A stretch of DNA of 64,000 bases from the IMG/VR virus record IMGVR_UViG_3300002220_000769, positions 1,859 through 65,858 of that record. One strand, 5' to 3'. This DNA comes from a virus (taxonomy: Duplodnaviria > Caudoviricetes). The number at the start of each line of letters is the position of its first letter. The stretch's first letter is position 1. The notes beneath the pieces were generated by a model that worked only from the letters and a program-made list of their open reading frames with translations, searched no databases and was not told the origin of the DNA. Positions 1-6,812 of this stretch are shown here, piece after piece. Both the position numbers and the translations under genes were made by a program.

Positions 1-5
1 TCTGC

Positions 6-34
6 TTGACATGCAATAGCAAGTCAGGTAGAAT
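6..34 (+). promoter_or_regulatory. sigma70-like promoter for tRNA(CAT)
   Basis: TTGACA(6-11), 17 bp, TAGAAT(29-34); near-duplicate at 157-185. Confidence 0.75.
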
Positions 35-63
35 TCAGTTTCAGTAGTTAGCAGCAAATAGAT

Positions 64-140
64 GCGAGGGTAACTCAATCGGTTAGAGTACAGGTCTCAT
101 AAACCTGAAGTTGTGGGTTCAAGTCCCACCCCTCGCACCA
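64..140 (+). tRNA. tRNA with CAT anticodon (elongator Met or Ile2)
   Basis: GCGAGGG/CCCTCGC acceptor stem, CAGGT-CTCATAA-ACCTG anticodon arm, GTGGG-TTCAAGT-CCCAC T arm, encoded CCA; lacks initiator features. Confidence 0.93.
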
Positions 141-156
141 AGAATAAAATTTCTGC

Positions 157-185
157 TTGACAAGCAATAACTGGTCAGGTAGAAT
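157..185 (+). promoter_or_regulatory. sigma70-like promoter, followed by late-type ATAAATA at 196-202
   Basis: TTGACA(157-162), 17 bp, TAGAAT(180-185). Confidence 0.7.
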
Positions 186-204
186 ACACAAACTGATAAA
201 TAAC

Positions 205-520
205 TCAGTTCTTTAAAAATCAGAAAATAAGTCAAAGATTCAATATTTTTGACTAACAAAAAAGTGAAATCACTTGGTTGGAGAAATTATTGCGCTCTAC
301 AAGACTCAATAGCGAGTCCTCTGTATCGTCATCAAAAATCAAGTGCTTCACAAGTCAAAGGTGAGGCCCGGCTCTACCGAGACTTAATACTCCGGGATTA
401 TCCCACTCACATCGGATGGATCGGAAAAAACTCAAGAGAGTTCATCGTGGGGAGTCTGACAGAAAACCGTGACAGTCAGACAATAACAATTGCAAATGAT
501 AGCGATGTCATTTGTTGAAG
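205..520 (+). ncRNA. structured RNA leader preceding a tRNA 3' half (possible intron 3' portion)
   Basis: many hairpins (231-253, 262-275, 303-318, 454-480; 493-514 with GCGA tetraloop); ends in G immediately before the tRNA half. Confidence 0.4.
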
Positions 521-560
521 AATAATCGGTAGGTTGTAGGTTCAATCCCTACACAGGCTA
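521..560 (+). tRNA. 3' half of a permuted tRNA (Ile2-like body)
   Basis: (A)ATAATCGGT AGGTT GTAGG-TTCAATC-CCTAC ACAGGCT A = anticodon 3' strand, T arm, acceptor 3' strand; no CCA. Confidence 0.8.
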
Positions 561-566
561 TGAGTA

Positions 567-615
567 GTGAAGAACACAGAGTCTAAAGAACACTGTGTTT
601 TACGCGGCAGTTGCT
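567..615 (-). mobile_element. 49-bp miniature IS200/IS605 derivative
   Basis: on minus strand TTTAT|AGCAACTGCCGCGTAAAACACAGTGTTCTTTAGACTCTGTGTTCTTCAC. Confidence 0.8.
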
Positions 616-624
616 ATAAAATCT

Positions 625-660
625 GGCCTGTTAGCTCAATTGGTTAGAGCAACCGACTCA
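625..660 (+). tRNA. 5' half of the same permuted tRNA
   Basis: GGCCTGT TA GCTC AATTGGTTA GAGC A ACCGA CTCA; acceptor pairs with 553-559, ACCGA pairs with TCGGT 526-530. Confidence 0.8.
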
Positions 661-698
661 CACCGAGGGTCGAGTTAAATCGTCCTTCAAACCAACAA

Positions 699-796
699 AG
701 GAAGTTTACAGCAAACTAAAGAATGGTTCGAGTCCATCACGGAAAGATGCAAATCTATCCTTGACTATTCCCATAAGGTAATGGGAAAACTTCCTG
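699..796 (+). ncRNA. long-loop hairpin RNA motif copy 1 (skipping-rope-like)
   Basis: AGGAAGTTTACAGCAA...AAACTTCCTG terminal stem. Confidence 0.5.
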
Positions 797-811
797 AACA
801 GTTTCAAATCA

Positions 812-900
812 GGTGCATTGGTCGAGTGGCTGAAGACAAGAGTTTGCTAAACTCTCCTACGCTTTAAGGCGTAGCGTAGGTTCGAATCCTACATGCACCG
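812..900 (+). tRNA. tRNA-Ser(GCT)
   Basis: GGTGCAT/ATGCACC, AGAGT-TTGCTAA-ACTCT, long variable arm, G discriminator. Confidence 0.93.
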
Positions 901-962
901 CAGAAAATAGTAGTTGACATACAAGTGTTCTGAATGTAGAATACTTGAAAGTTTCAAAAAGT

Positions 963-1047
963 GCCTTCGTGGTGGAACAGGTATACACAGCGCACTCAAA
1001 ATGCGCCGCCGAAAGGCATGTCGGTTCGAATCCGACCGAAGGCACCA
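963..1047 (+). tRNA. tRNA-Leu(CAA)
   Basis: GCCTTCG/CGAAGGC, GCGCA-CTCAAAA-TGCGC, variable arm, ACCA. Confidence 0.95.
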
Positions 1048-1311
1048 ACAGTTCATAAGATTTGTGCAACATACTATCAATTGAGAGAGCCTTACCTAAA
1101 ATCCTAAGTTAGCACCGACAGTAAAGATCTAGTGATCTAGGGTGCATAAGCCAAGAAATCTATGGTAGATTCAGGTGAGGTGTGCAAGTTTGAATCTTGC
1201 TGTTGCACAAAAACATTGGTGAATACGCAGGCTGATGCGCTAGTTCCAGTTGTCGCTTGTCCACACGGAATGTCGGAGATCAGCACCGACCACCATTTTA
1301 ATACAAGATTT

Positions 1312-1468
1312 AGGAAAAGTTCAGCAAAAAATTTACTCATGACTTAGCCGATTCTCAAGTGAAGGTGTTGCTTGGGTGACTCAGATAATTCTGATATTGT
1401 TGATAGAACATCAACTGGATGTGATAAGACCATGCGTCACATTGAGAAAGAGTGGAACCCTTTTCCTG
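1312..1468 (+). ncRNA. long-loop hairpin RNA motif copy 2
   Basis: AGGAAAAGTTCAGCAA...CTTTTCCTG. Confidence 0.45.
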
Positions 1469-1559
1469 TTACATCTTGTCTGTTTTAGTTGTTGACAAGT
1501 AGTTAGAGTGGTTGTAAGATAGAAGCATAAACAGTAAAGATAGTTCTTTAACAAGTTCC

Positions 1560-1636
1560 CTGCTCGTAGCTCAATCGGATAGAGCACCGGCCTTCTAAGC
1601 CGGTGGTTGCAGGTTCAACTCCTGCCGAGCAGGCCA
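1560..1636 (+). tRNA. tRNA-Arg(TCT)
   Basis: CTGCTCG/CGAGCAG, CCGGC-CTTCTAA-GCCGG, GCCA end. Confidence 0.95.
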
Positions 1637-1691
1637 TATTCGGAAATAGTTTGAGACTAAAACTATTTCAAAAAATGAAAATAAAAGTTTT

Positions 1692-1771
1692 AGGATAGGT
1701 TCAGCAAACACATTATACAATGGCGTCAGTATTCAGTCTGACATTAATCAAAACTGGAAAAAACTATCCTG
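1692..1771 (+). ncRNA. long-loop hairpin RNA motif copy 3
   Basis: AGGATAGGTTCAGCAA...AACTATCCTG. Confidence 0.5.
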
Positions 1772-1789
1772 TTAAAGTTGTTTTTAATC

Positions 1790-1873
1790 TCGGCGTCGGT
1801 TAGTGGTCTATACCACCTGTTTTGGGAACAGGAGCAAAAAATTGCGTCATGGGGTAGAATCCTACCGTTTTGA
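1790..1873 (+). pseudogene. degenerate tRNA-Pro(TGG)-like sequence
   Basis: intact CCTGT-TTTGGGA-ACAGG anticodon arm; T arm and acceptor stem poorly paired. Confidence 0.5.
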
Positions 1874-1956
1874 CTAAGTGTATAAACAGTTTAACGTATT
1901 TATTAGCAAATATACTCTTATATTAACGTTTTTTACAAAAAAAGATAAATAAAAGT

Positions 1957-2523
1957 ATGAAACTAAGTGAATACGCAAAATTAAATGGGGTTCATTATCA
2001 AACTGCCTACAGATGGTTTGTTGCTGGCCTGATTCCTTCGGCAAGACAACTCCCAAATGGAACTATACTCGTAGATAAGGTCGACGTCAATAAGCCAACC
2101 GAAAAAGTTGTAACGTATGCTCGTGTTAGTAACGCATCTAGAAGAAAAGAACTTGAATACCAAGTTGCCCGTCTTCATGACTTTTGTGAGGCAAAGGGAC
2201 TAACAGTATCTGCATCGTATAAAGAAATTGCTTCTGGAATGAATGATTCCAGAAAACAACTATGGCAAATGATAGATTCTTGCCCAACGATAATTGTTAT
2301 CGAAAACAAAGACAGATTGACTAGATTTGGGTTTAAATACCTTTCTCACTTGCTTGACAAGCAAGGGACAAAAATAATAGTAATAAATGAATCCGAAACT
2401 GACGAACAAGATTTGATTCGAGATTTGGTGTCTATTATAACATCATTTTGCTGTAGATTGTATGGACTCCGCAGAGGACATAAGAAATCAAAACAGATTA
2501 CACAAGAAATAACTTCAGAGTAA
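1957..2523 (+). CDS. tnpA: IS607 transposase (HTH plus serine recombinase)
   Basis: N-terminal MerR-like HTH; YARVS catalytic motif; EIASG; IENKDRLTRFGF. Confidence 0.95.
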   Translation: MKLSEYAKLNGVHYQTAYRWFVAGLIPSARQLPNGTILVDKVDVNKPTEKVVTYARVSNASRRKELEYQVARLHDFCEAKGLTVSASYKEIASGMNDSRKQLWQMIDSCPTIIVIENKDRLTRFGFKYLSHLLDKQGTKIIVINESETDEQDLIRDLVSIITSFCCRLYGLRRGHKKSKQITQEITSE

Positions 2524-2524
2524 A

Positions 2525-3754
2525 ATGATAAAATCGACTGCTTTTTCTACTAAATTTGCAAATCAAGACAAACGAACTCGTCTTGATGAATTTTTGCATG
2601 ATTATAGAAATGCAGTTGAGTTTTATGTAGATTATTTGTGGGCAAATTTAAACAAGTCATTTGAAATACCAAAGTTTATTTCTACAAAAACCATATTCCC
2701 ATCAAATTCCGATTTATCACAGCGGGCATTAAAATGCGCTTCCACTCAGGCATGCGGAATGGTTCGTGCTGCAACAGAAAAAAGACGCAGGCAGTTGTTT
2801 GTTCTAAAAAAACTAATGCGAGAAGGCGCAAATGTCCGCCAATTGCAACGGAAAATCGATACTACCCCACTGGTCAAACCTTCTGTTCCAAAGCAACTGC
2901 CTGCTGAATTGAATTCTGTGTGTGCTGTTTTTCATACCTCGCAAAATTCCTTTGATAACTGGTTCGTTTTGAGTTCTCTTGGCAAAAAATATGGGAAAAT
3001 TTTGATTCCCGTCAAACAAACCAGGCATTCACGTAAATTGGAAAAATCTGGAACAGAAATGACTTCATTTTTGGTTTCAAGAGAGAGTATAAATTGCCGG
3101 TATGAAATTAAAAAACCAGAAAAACGGATTACTGGACGGGTGTTAGGTGCAGATCAGGGTGTGACTACTTGCCTTTCTTTAAGCGATAGTCAAGTTACAA
3201 GCAAGTGTCCTCATGGACACGACTTGCATAGTATTAGCAGCAAACTTTCCAGATGCAAAAAAGGAAGCAAGGGTTTCCGTAGGGCACAAGCGCATCGAAC
3301 CAATTACATTAACTGGTCTATAAACCAGTTAAATTTAACAGACGTAAAAGAAGTAAAATTAGAAAAGTTGTTTCAAATGCGGAAAGGACAACGAACGAGT
3401 AGATTTCTTTCTCATTTTAGTTATAAACAAATCCACGACAAATTGTCAGACAGATGCGAGTCGTCTGGCATAATCTTCACTGAACAAAGTAATGTTTACA
3501 GAAGTCAGAGATGTTCGGATTGTGGATTTGTTCACAAAGCCAACCGGAAAGGCAAAGAGTTTATTTGCCGTGAATGCGGTGTAGTGCATGACGCGGATAT
3601 AAATTCGGCCCTGAACCATGAAGCAGAACTAGTGGAGTTGCCGTTTGGTTTTCGTCATTTAAAGTTGAATAAAACTGGATTCTTTTGGAATACTCAGGGC
3701 GTATTCGATTTAAATGGACAGGAGATTACAGTCCCTGTCGGTTCAAAGCAATAG
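2525..3754 (+). CDS. tnpB: TnpB RNA-guided endonuclease
   Basis: RuvC motifs LGADQG, VKLEKL, DADINSALN; zinc finger CSDCG..CRECG. Confidence 0.9.
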   Translation: MIKSTAFSTKFANQDKRTRLDEFLHDYRNAVEFYVDYLWANLNKSFEIPKFISTKTIFPSNSDLSQRALKCASTQACGMVRAATEKRRRQLFVLKKLMREGANVRQLQRKIDTTPLVKPSVPKQLPAELNSVCAVFHTSQNSFDNWFVLSSLGKKYGKILIPVKQTRHSRKLEKSGTEMTSFLVSRESINCRYEIKKPEKRITGRVLGADQGVTTCLSLSDSQVTSKCPHGHDLHSISSKLSRCKKGSKGFRRAQAHRTNYINWSINQLNLTDVKEVKLEKLFQMRKGQRTSRFLSHFSYKQIHDKLSDRCESSGIIFTEQSNVYRSQRCSDCGFVHKANRKGKEFICRECGVVHDADINSALNHEAELVELPFGFRHLKLNKTGFFWNTQGVFDLNGQEITVPVGSKQ

Positions 3755-3798
3755 TATATTTGTATATATTATTCGTAACTGTCCAGCACCAAAATTAA

Positions 3799-3873
3799 TC
3801 CGAGATGGGCGCGGGTGTGCCAACAGAGACTGTCAATCTGTTCATCAGGAAGGTTCGATCCCTTCGCTCGGAG
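3799..3873 (+). pseudogene. atypical tRNA-Asp(GTC)-like gene
   Basis: TCCGAG/CTCGGA acceptor, GAAGG-TTCGATC-CCTTC T arm, ACAGA(GA)CTGTCAATCTGT arm with 2 extra nt; no CCA. Confidence 0.55.
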
Positions 3874-3946
3874 TCTATTAACCGTGAATGGTTAGTGAGT
3901 TTTAAAATGTTTTCCGCAAATTTTCTTCACAAAAAAAGTAAGGATT

Positions 3947-4198
3947 GTGCTTCACAGCATTATCACTTTGTGCCCCATCATCCTTAACGGACTGATCATG
4001 TTTAGCACAATTGTTTCCTACGCTGCCTTTGTATTGACTTCTATCTTTATGCTGTTTTTCTTCTATGATGCTACTCGTGATTTGACAGAACAAGAAAAAC
4101 TTCTGATTAAACTTGGTGCAAAGATTACTATTCGTTGGAGTAACTTTTTTGTTGCCCTTGCAATTTGGTTTTCTAGTGGTGTATACTTGTGGGGATGA
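3947..4198 (+). CDS. small membrane protein
   Basis: two hydrophobic segments; true start may be downstream. Confidence 0.55.
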   Translation: MLHSIITLCPIILNGLIMFSTIVSYAAFVLTSIFMLFFFYDATRDLTEQEKLLIKLGAKITIRWSNFFVALAIWFSSGVYLWG

Positions 4199-4201
4199 TG
4201 G

Positions 4202-5119
4202 TTAACAACCAATAGTTTGTTGTAAGTTGCTTTCAGTGTTCAGAACAGAATCTATCCACTCTTTTTTAGAATGGTTGAAATACTCCCTATAACTAATCCT
4301 ATGTATAGGAATTCCGTGTGATTCAAGTATGGTGTTGTCTCTGACAGCATCTGTTTTAACTGTTTGCATGTGCTGTTTCCCATCAAGTTCTATCCCGATG
4401 TGTTGAAGAGGGAAATAGAAATCAATATAGAAGTTCTTGACATATTTGCCATTTTCATCCGTTATTCGGACAGTATAGTTGAATTCGTATTTCACTGACG
4501 GATAGTTTTGCTCTATGTACGTGATGAAAGATTGTTCAAGATACGAAGGATTTTTTCTATTTCTGTATTGATTGCCGAGATGTCTTCCTTCTGAAAATGC
4601 TTTTTTGATAGAATCCGATATTTTCTTTCCAACTTGTTTCCTTGCTTCTTCTATACAGACTTCATCGTCACATACGGTTCTTTTTTTCCAAGTGGTATTA
4701 GGGATTGTGGTTCCGCATATTTTACAGGCACAGGTTTTTATAGTTCTCTTTCCAGAATCTATTTCTTCTTGGATGATTTGATTCACTCTGTCACGAATTT
4801 TCTGTTTTGTTTCTTCCGAATGAGGCTTTTTGTTGGCATTGGAGCGATAAGTTTTCTGACAAGTTTCTGAACAAGTTTTTTCTTGTGGGTAGACAAGTTC
4901 TTTTCCACAAGTTATACATCCAGAAGAATTTTTTGCTTTCCAATTTTCATATTTTTTGGTTTCTGTAACTTTTTTTCTGGATTCTTCTGCTTTCTCGGAT
5001 TGCAAGAACTTTACTGCCGAAGATGACTTTTTGTGATAATCTTCGTTGTGGTGGTTTCTGTGTGATGCTAAAGATCTCTTGGTAGAAAATTCTCGTTGAC
5101 AAATATCGCAAGTGTACAT
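4202..5119 (-). CDS. free-standing homing-type endonuclease (C2H2 finger, NUMOD3-like, C-terminal DUF559/Vsr-like nuclease)
   Basis: CDICQREFSTKRSLASHRNHH; KPHSEETKQKI; SYLEQ..YIDFYF..IGIELDGKQH; ATAAATA upstream on minus strand (5167-5173). Confidence 0.8.
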   Translation of the reverse strand: MYTCDICQREFSTKRSLASHRNHHNEDYHKKSSSAVKFLQSEKAEESRKKVTETKKYENWKAKNSSGCITCGKELVYPQEKTCSETCQKTYRSNANKKPHSEETKQKIRDRVNQIIQEEIDSGKRTIKTCACKICGTTIPNTTWKKRTVCDDEVCIEEARKQVGKKISDSIKKAFSEGRHLGNQYRNRKNPSYLEQSFITYIEQNYPSVKYEFNYTVRITDENGKYVKNFYIDFYFPLQHIGIELDGKQHMQTVKTDAVRDNTILESHGIPIHRISYREYFNHSKKEWIDSVLNTESNLQQTIGC

Positions 5120-5283
5120 TATAATTCCTTTGTAGTTGAGGTTCAAATTTGATGTTCCGCTCCAAGTATTTATCATTTGCTCAGTTATGCAAAAAGTTTT
5201 AAGAAGTGCTTGCATTGTTGGATGTCTTGAGGTATAATGTAGTCACAGTGAAGTTGATGGAGTAGATAAATAAAAGTTTTAAC

Positions 5284-5369
5284 GCGGGTGTGGTCCATTG
5301 GTAGGGCACTGGATTTCCAATCCAGCAGGCGAAAGCCGCATGAGGGTTCAATTCCCTTCACCCGCTCCA
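5284..5369 (+). tRNA. tRNA-Gly(TCC) with an abnormal long variable arm
   Basis: GCGGGTG/CACCCGC, CTGGA-TTTCCAA-TCCAG, 16-nt variable region with GGC-GAAA-GCC hairpin, T73-CCA. Confidence 0.88.
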
Positions 5370-5569
5370 TGTTTCACTATGGTTCGCAGAGCCAAGAATC
5401 TGCTAAGAGAGGGGATAGTTAAGACGCATACCTTAACCCCGCCAAAATACTCTCACTACGATCTGAAGAGGCTAAGATCGACCTTTTCAATTCAGAGTCG
5501 TCATTGTTCAAAAGTCGGTGGCGATTTCATATAGTTTTTGCTGTTGGGGTTGGATTGAAATATATCATC

Positions 5570-5657
5570 GGGAGAGTGGCCGAGTGGCTTAAGGCAGCGG
5601 TCTTGAAAACCGCCGGGGAGAAATCCTCCGTGAGTTCGAATCTCACCTCTCCCGCCA
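5570..5657 (+). tRNA. tRNA-Ser(TGA)
   Basis: GGGAGAG/CTCTCCC, GCGGT-CTTGAAA-ACCGC, variable arm, GCCA. Confidence 0.95.
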
Positions 5658-5698
5658 GCAATCTATGAATAAAGGGCACCACCGAAAAATGCACTAGT

Positions 5699-5800
5699 AG
5701 CGACATAGTTCAACATTTAGAACACTAGTAGAGAAAGCCAGGAAACTGCGTAGCAAGTATCGAATGAGGTTTGTAGGTGAGAATCCTACTGTCGCCACCA
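5699..5800 (+). ncRNA. tRNA-like RNA with expanded anticodon domain
   Basis: AGCGACA/TGTCGCC acceptor, GTTC/GAAC D stem, GTAGG-TGAGAAT-CCTAC T arm, ACCA end; no canonical anticodon arm. Confidence 0.6.
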
Positions 5801-5805
5801 ATAAC

Positions 5806-5889
5806 GCGGGTATGGGGAAATTGGTAAACCCAGCGGACTTAAAATCCGCCGCTCATGGCTTGTCGGTTCGAGTCCGACTACCCGCACCA
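5806..5889 (+). tRNA. tRNA-Leu(TAA)
   Basis: GCGGGTA/TACCCGC, GCGGA-CTTAAAA-TCCGC, ACCA. Confidence 0.95.
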
Positions 5890-5935
5890 CTTTCCAATAT
5901 TTTTGAATTTTTTCAACCAGTGAGAGGAAACATGC

Positions 5936-6073
5936 ATGGCAAAGTTTGATAGTAAGTCCAAGGTGAACAAACTCAAGAAGCGCACTAAGGCCGGTGGTTC
6001 TAAGCCAAAGACCAGTGCAATGAGCAAACACGAAAAGCGCAGTTTCAAGCGTGATCGGGGTCAGGGCGGTTGA
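5936..6073 (+). CDS. 45-aa highly basic protein (not in ORF track)
   Basis: MAKFDSKSKVNKLKKRTKAGGSKPKTSAMSKHEKRSFKRDRGQGG with GAGGA RBS. Confidence 0.75.
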   Translation: MAKFDSKSKVNKLKKRTKAGGSKPKTSAMSKHEKRSFKRDRGQGG

Positions 6074-6115
6074 AAAGTAGTTGAGGTTGGATTGTTTCAA
6101 AGCGAAGACTCCTTG

Positions 6116-6144
6116 GCCCATGATTTCATCATGGGCATTTTTTT
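6116..6144 (+). terminator. intrinsic terminator
   Basis: GCCCATGA-TTTCA-TCATGGGC plus T tract. Confidence 0.8.
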
Positions 6145-6158
6145 GTTAACGGGCAATC

Positions 6159-6812
6159 ATGATTAAATCATTGTTCAATCTTCCAAATAAAGTTACTGTT
6201 GCTCTTAGTGGTGGAGTGGACAGTGTAGCGATCACGGATTTTTTGAGTAAACATCGTGACGTAGAATGTGCCTTCTTTCACCATGGCACAGAAAATAGTG
6301 AACGAGCACTTGAGTTTGTTACCAAATTCTGCAGCAACAGAAATATTAAACTTCTAACAAAACACATTCATACCGACAAAAGCAAGGACCAAAGCAAGGA
6401 AGAATATTGGCGCGTAGAGCGTTACAAATTCCTTGAAAGCATCCCATCTATTGTTATCACAGCGCATAACTTAGATGATTGTGTTGAAACTTATTTGTTT
6501 GGTGCAATCCACGGAACACCAAAGACGATCCCATCAGTTCGTAACAATATTGTTCGTCCATTTCTTACTACAAAAAAGTCTGAGTTTATCAGTTGGTGCA
6601 CAAGAAAAGAGATTGCATGGTGTGAAGACACAAGCAACATGGACACCGAGTATATGAGAAATTATATTCGACATAATATTGTTCCTCATGCCCTGCATGT
6701 GAACCCAGGACTGCACAAAGTAGTAAAAAAGATTGTAGAAAACAAACAACCACAGTATCAGGCAGAATACGGGGATCTACTTGGCAAATTGTTGTTGACA
6801 GAATCGTCGTGA
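6159..6812 (+). CDS. tilS: tRNA(Ile)-lysidine synthetase-like PP-loop ATPase
   Basis: VALSGGVDS PP-loop; RxxRY; TAHNLDDCVETYL; RPFL; EDTSN..RNYIRH. Confidence 0.88.
   Translation: MIKSLFNLPNKVTVALSGGVDSVAITDFLSKHRDVECAFFHHGTENSERALEFVTKFCSNRNIKLLTKHIHTDKSKDQSKEEYWRVERYKFLESIPSIVITAHNLDDCVETYLFGAIHGTPKTIPSVRNNIVRPFLTTKKSEFISWCTRKEIAWCEDTSNMDTEYMRNYIRHNIVPHALHVNPGLHKVVKKIVENKQPQYQAEYGDLLGKLLLTESS

Larger units (their letters stand above)
1876..3782 (+). mobile_element. IS607-family element (ends approximate)
   Basis: adjacent serine-recombinase tnpA and tnpB genes. Confidence 0.85.

Noticed and set aside
249-518. 89-aa ORF in the track
   Set aside because: TTG start without an RBS, no recognisable motif, and it coincides with a hairpin-rich RNA leader.
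205-698. Circularly permuted group II intron or small self-cleaving ribozyme
   Set aside because: No domain V, no GUGYG start, and no hammerhead, HDV or twister core found by eye. The group I reading is itself unproven.
1090-1295. tmRNA or RNase P RNA
   Set aside because: No tRNA-like 5' end or T arm, no tag reading frame, and no RNase P conserved core recognised.
857-5949. ORFs overlapping tRNAs (857-1072, 889-1080, 5185-5370, 5298-5534, 5764-5949, 5786-6121)
   Set aside because: These are shadow translations of tRNA genes.
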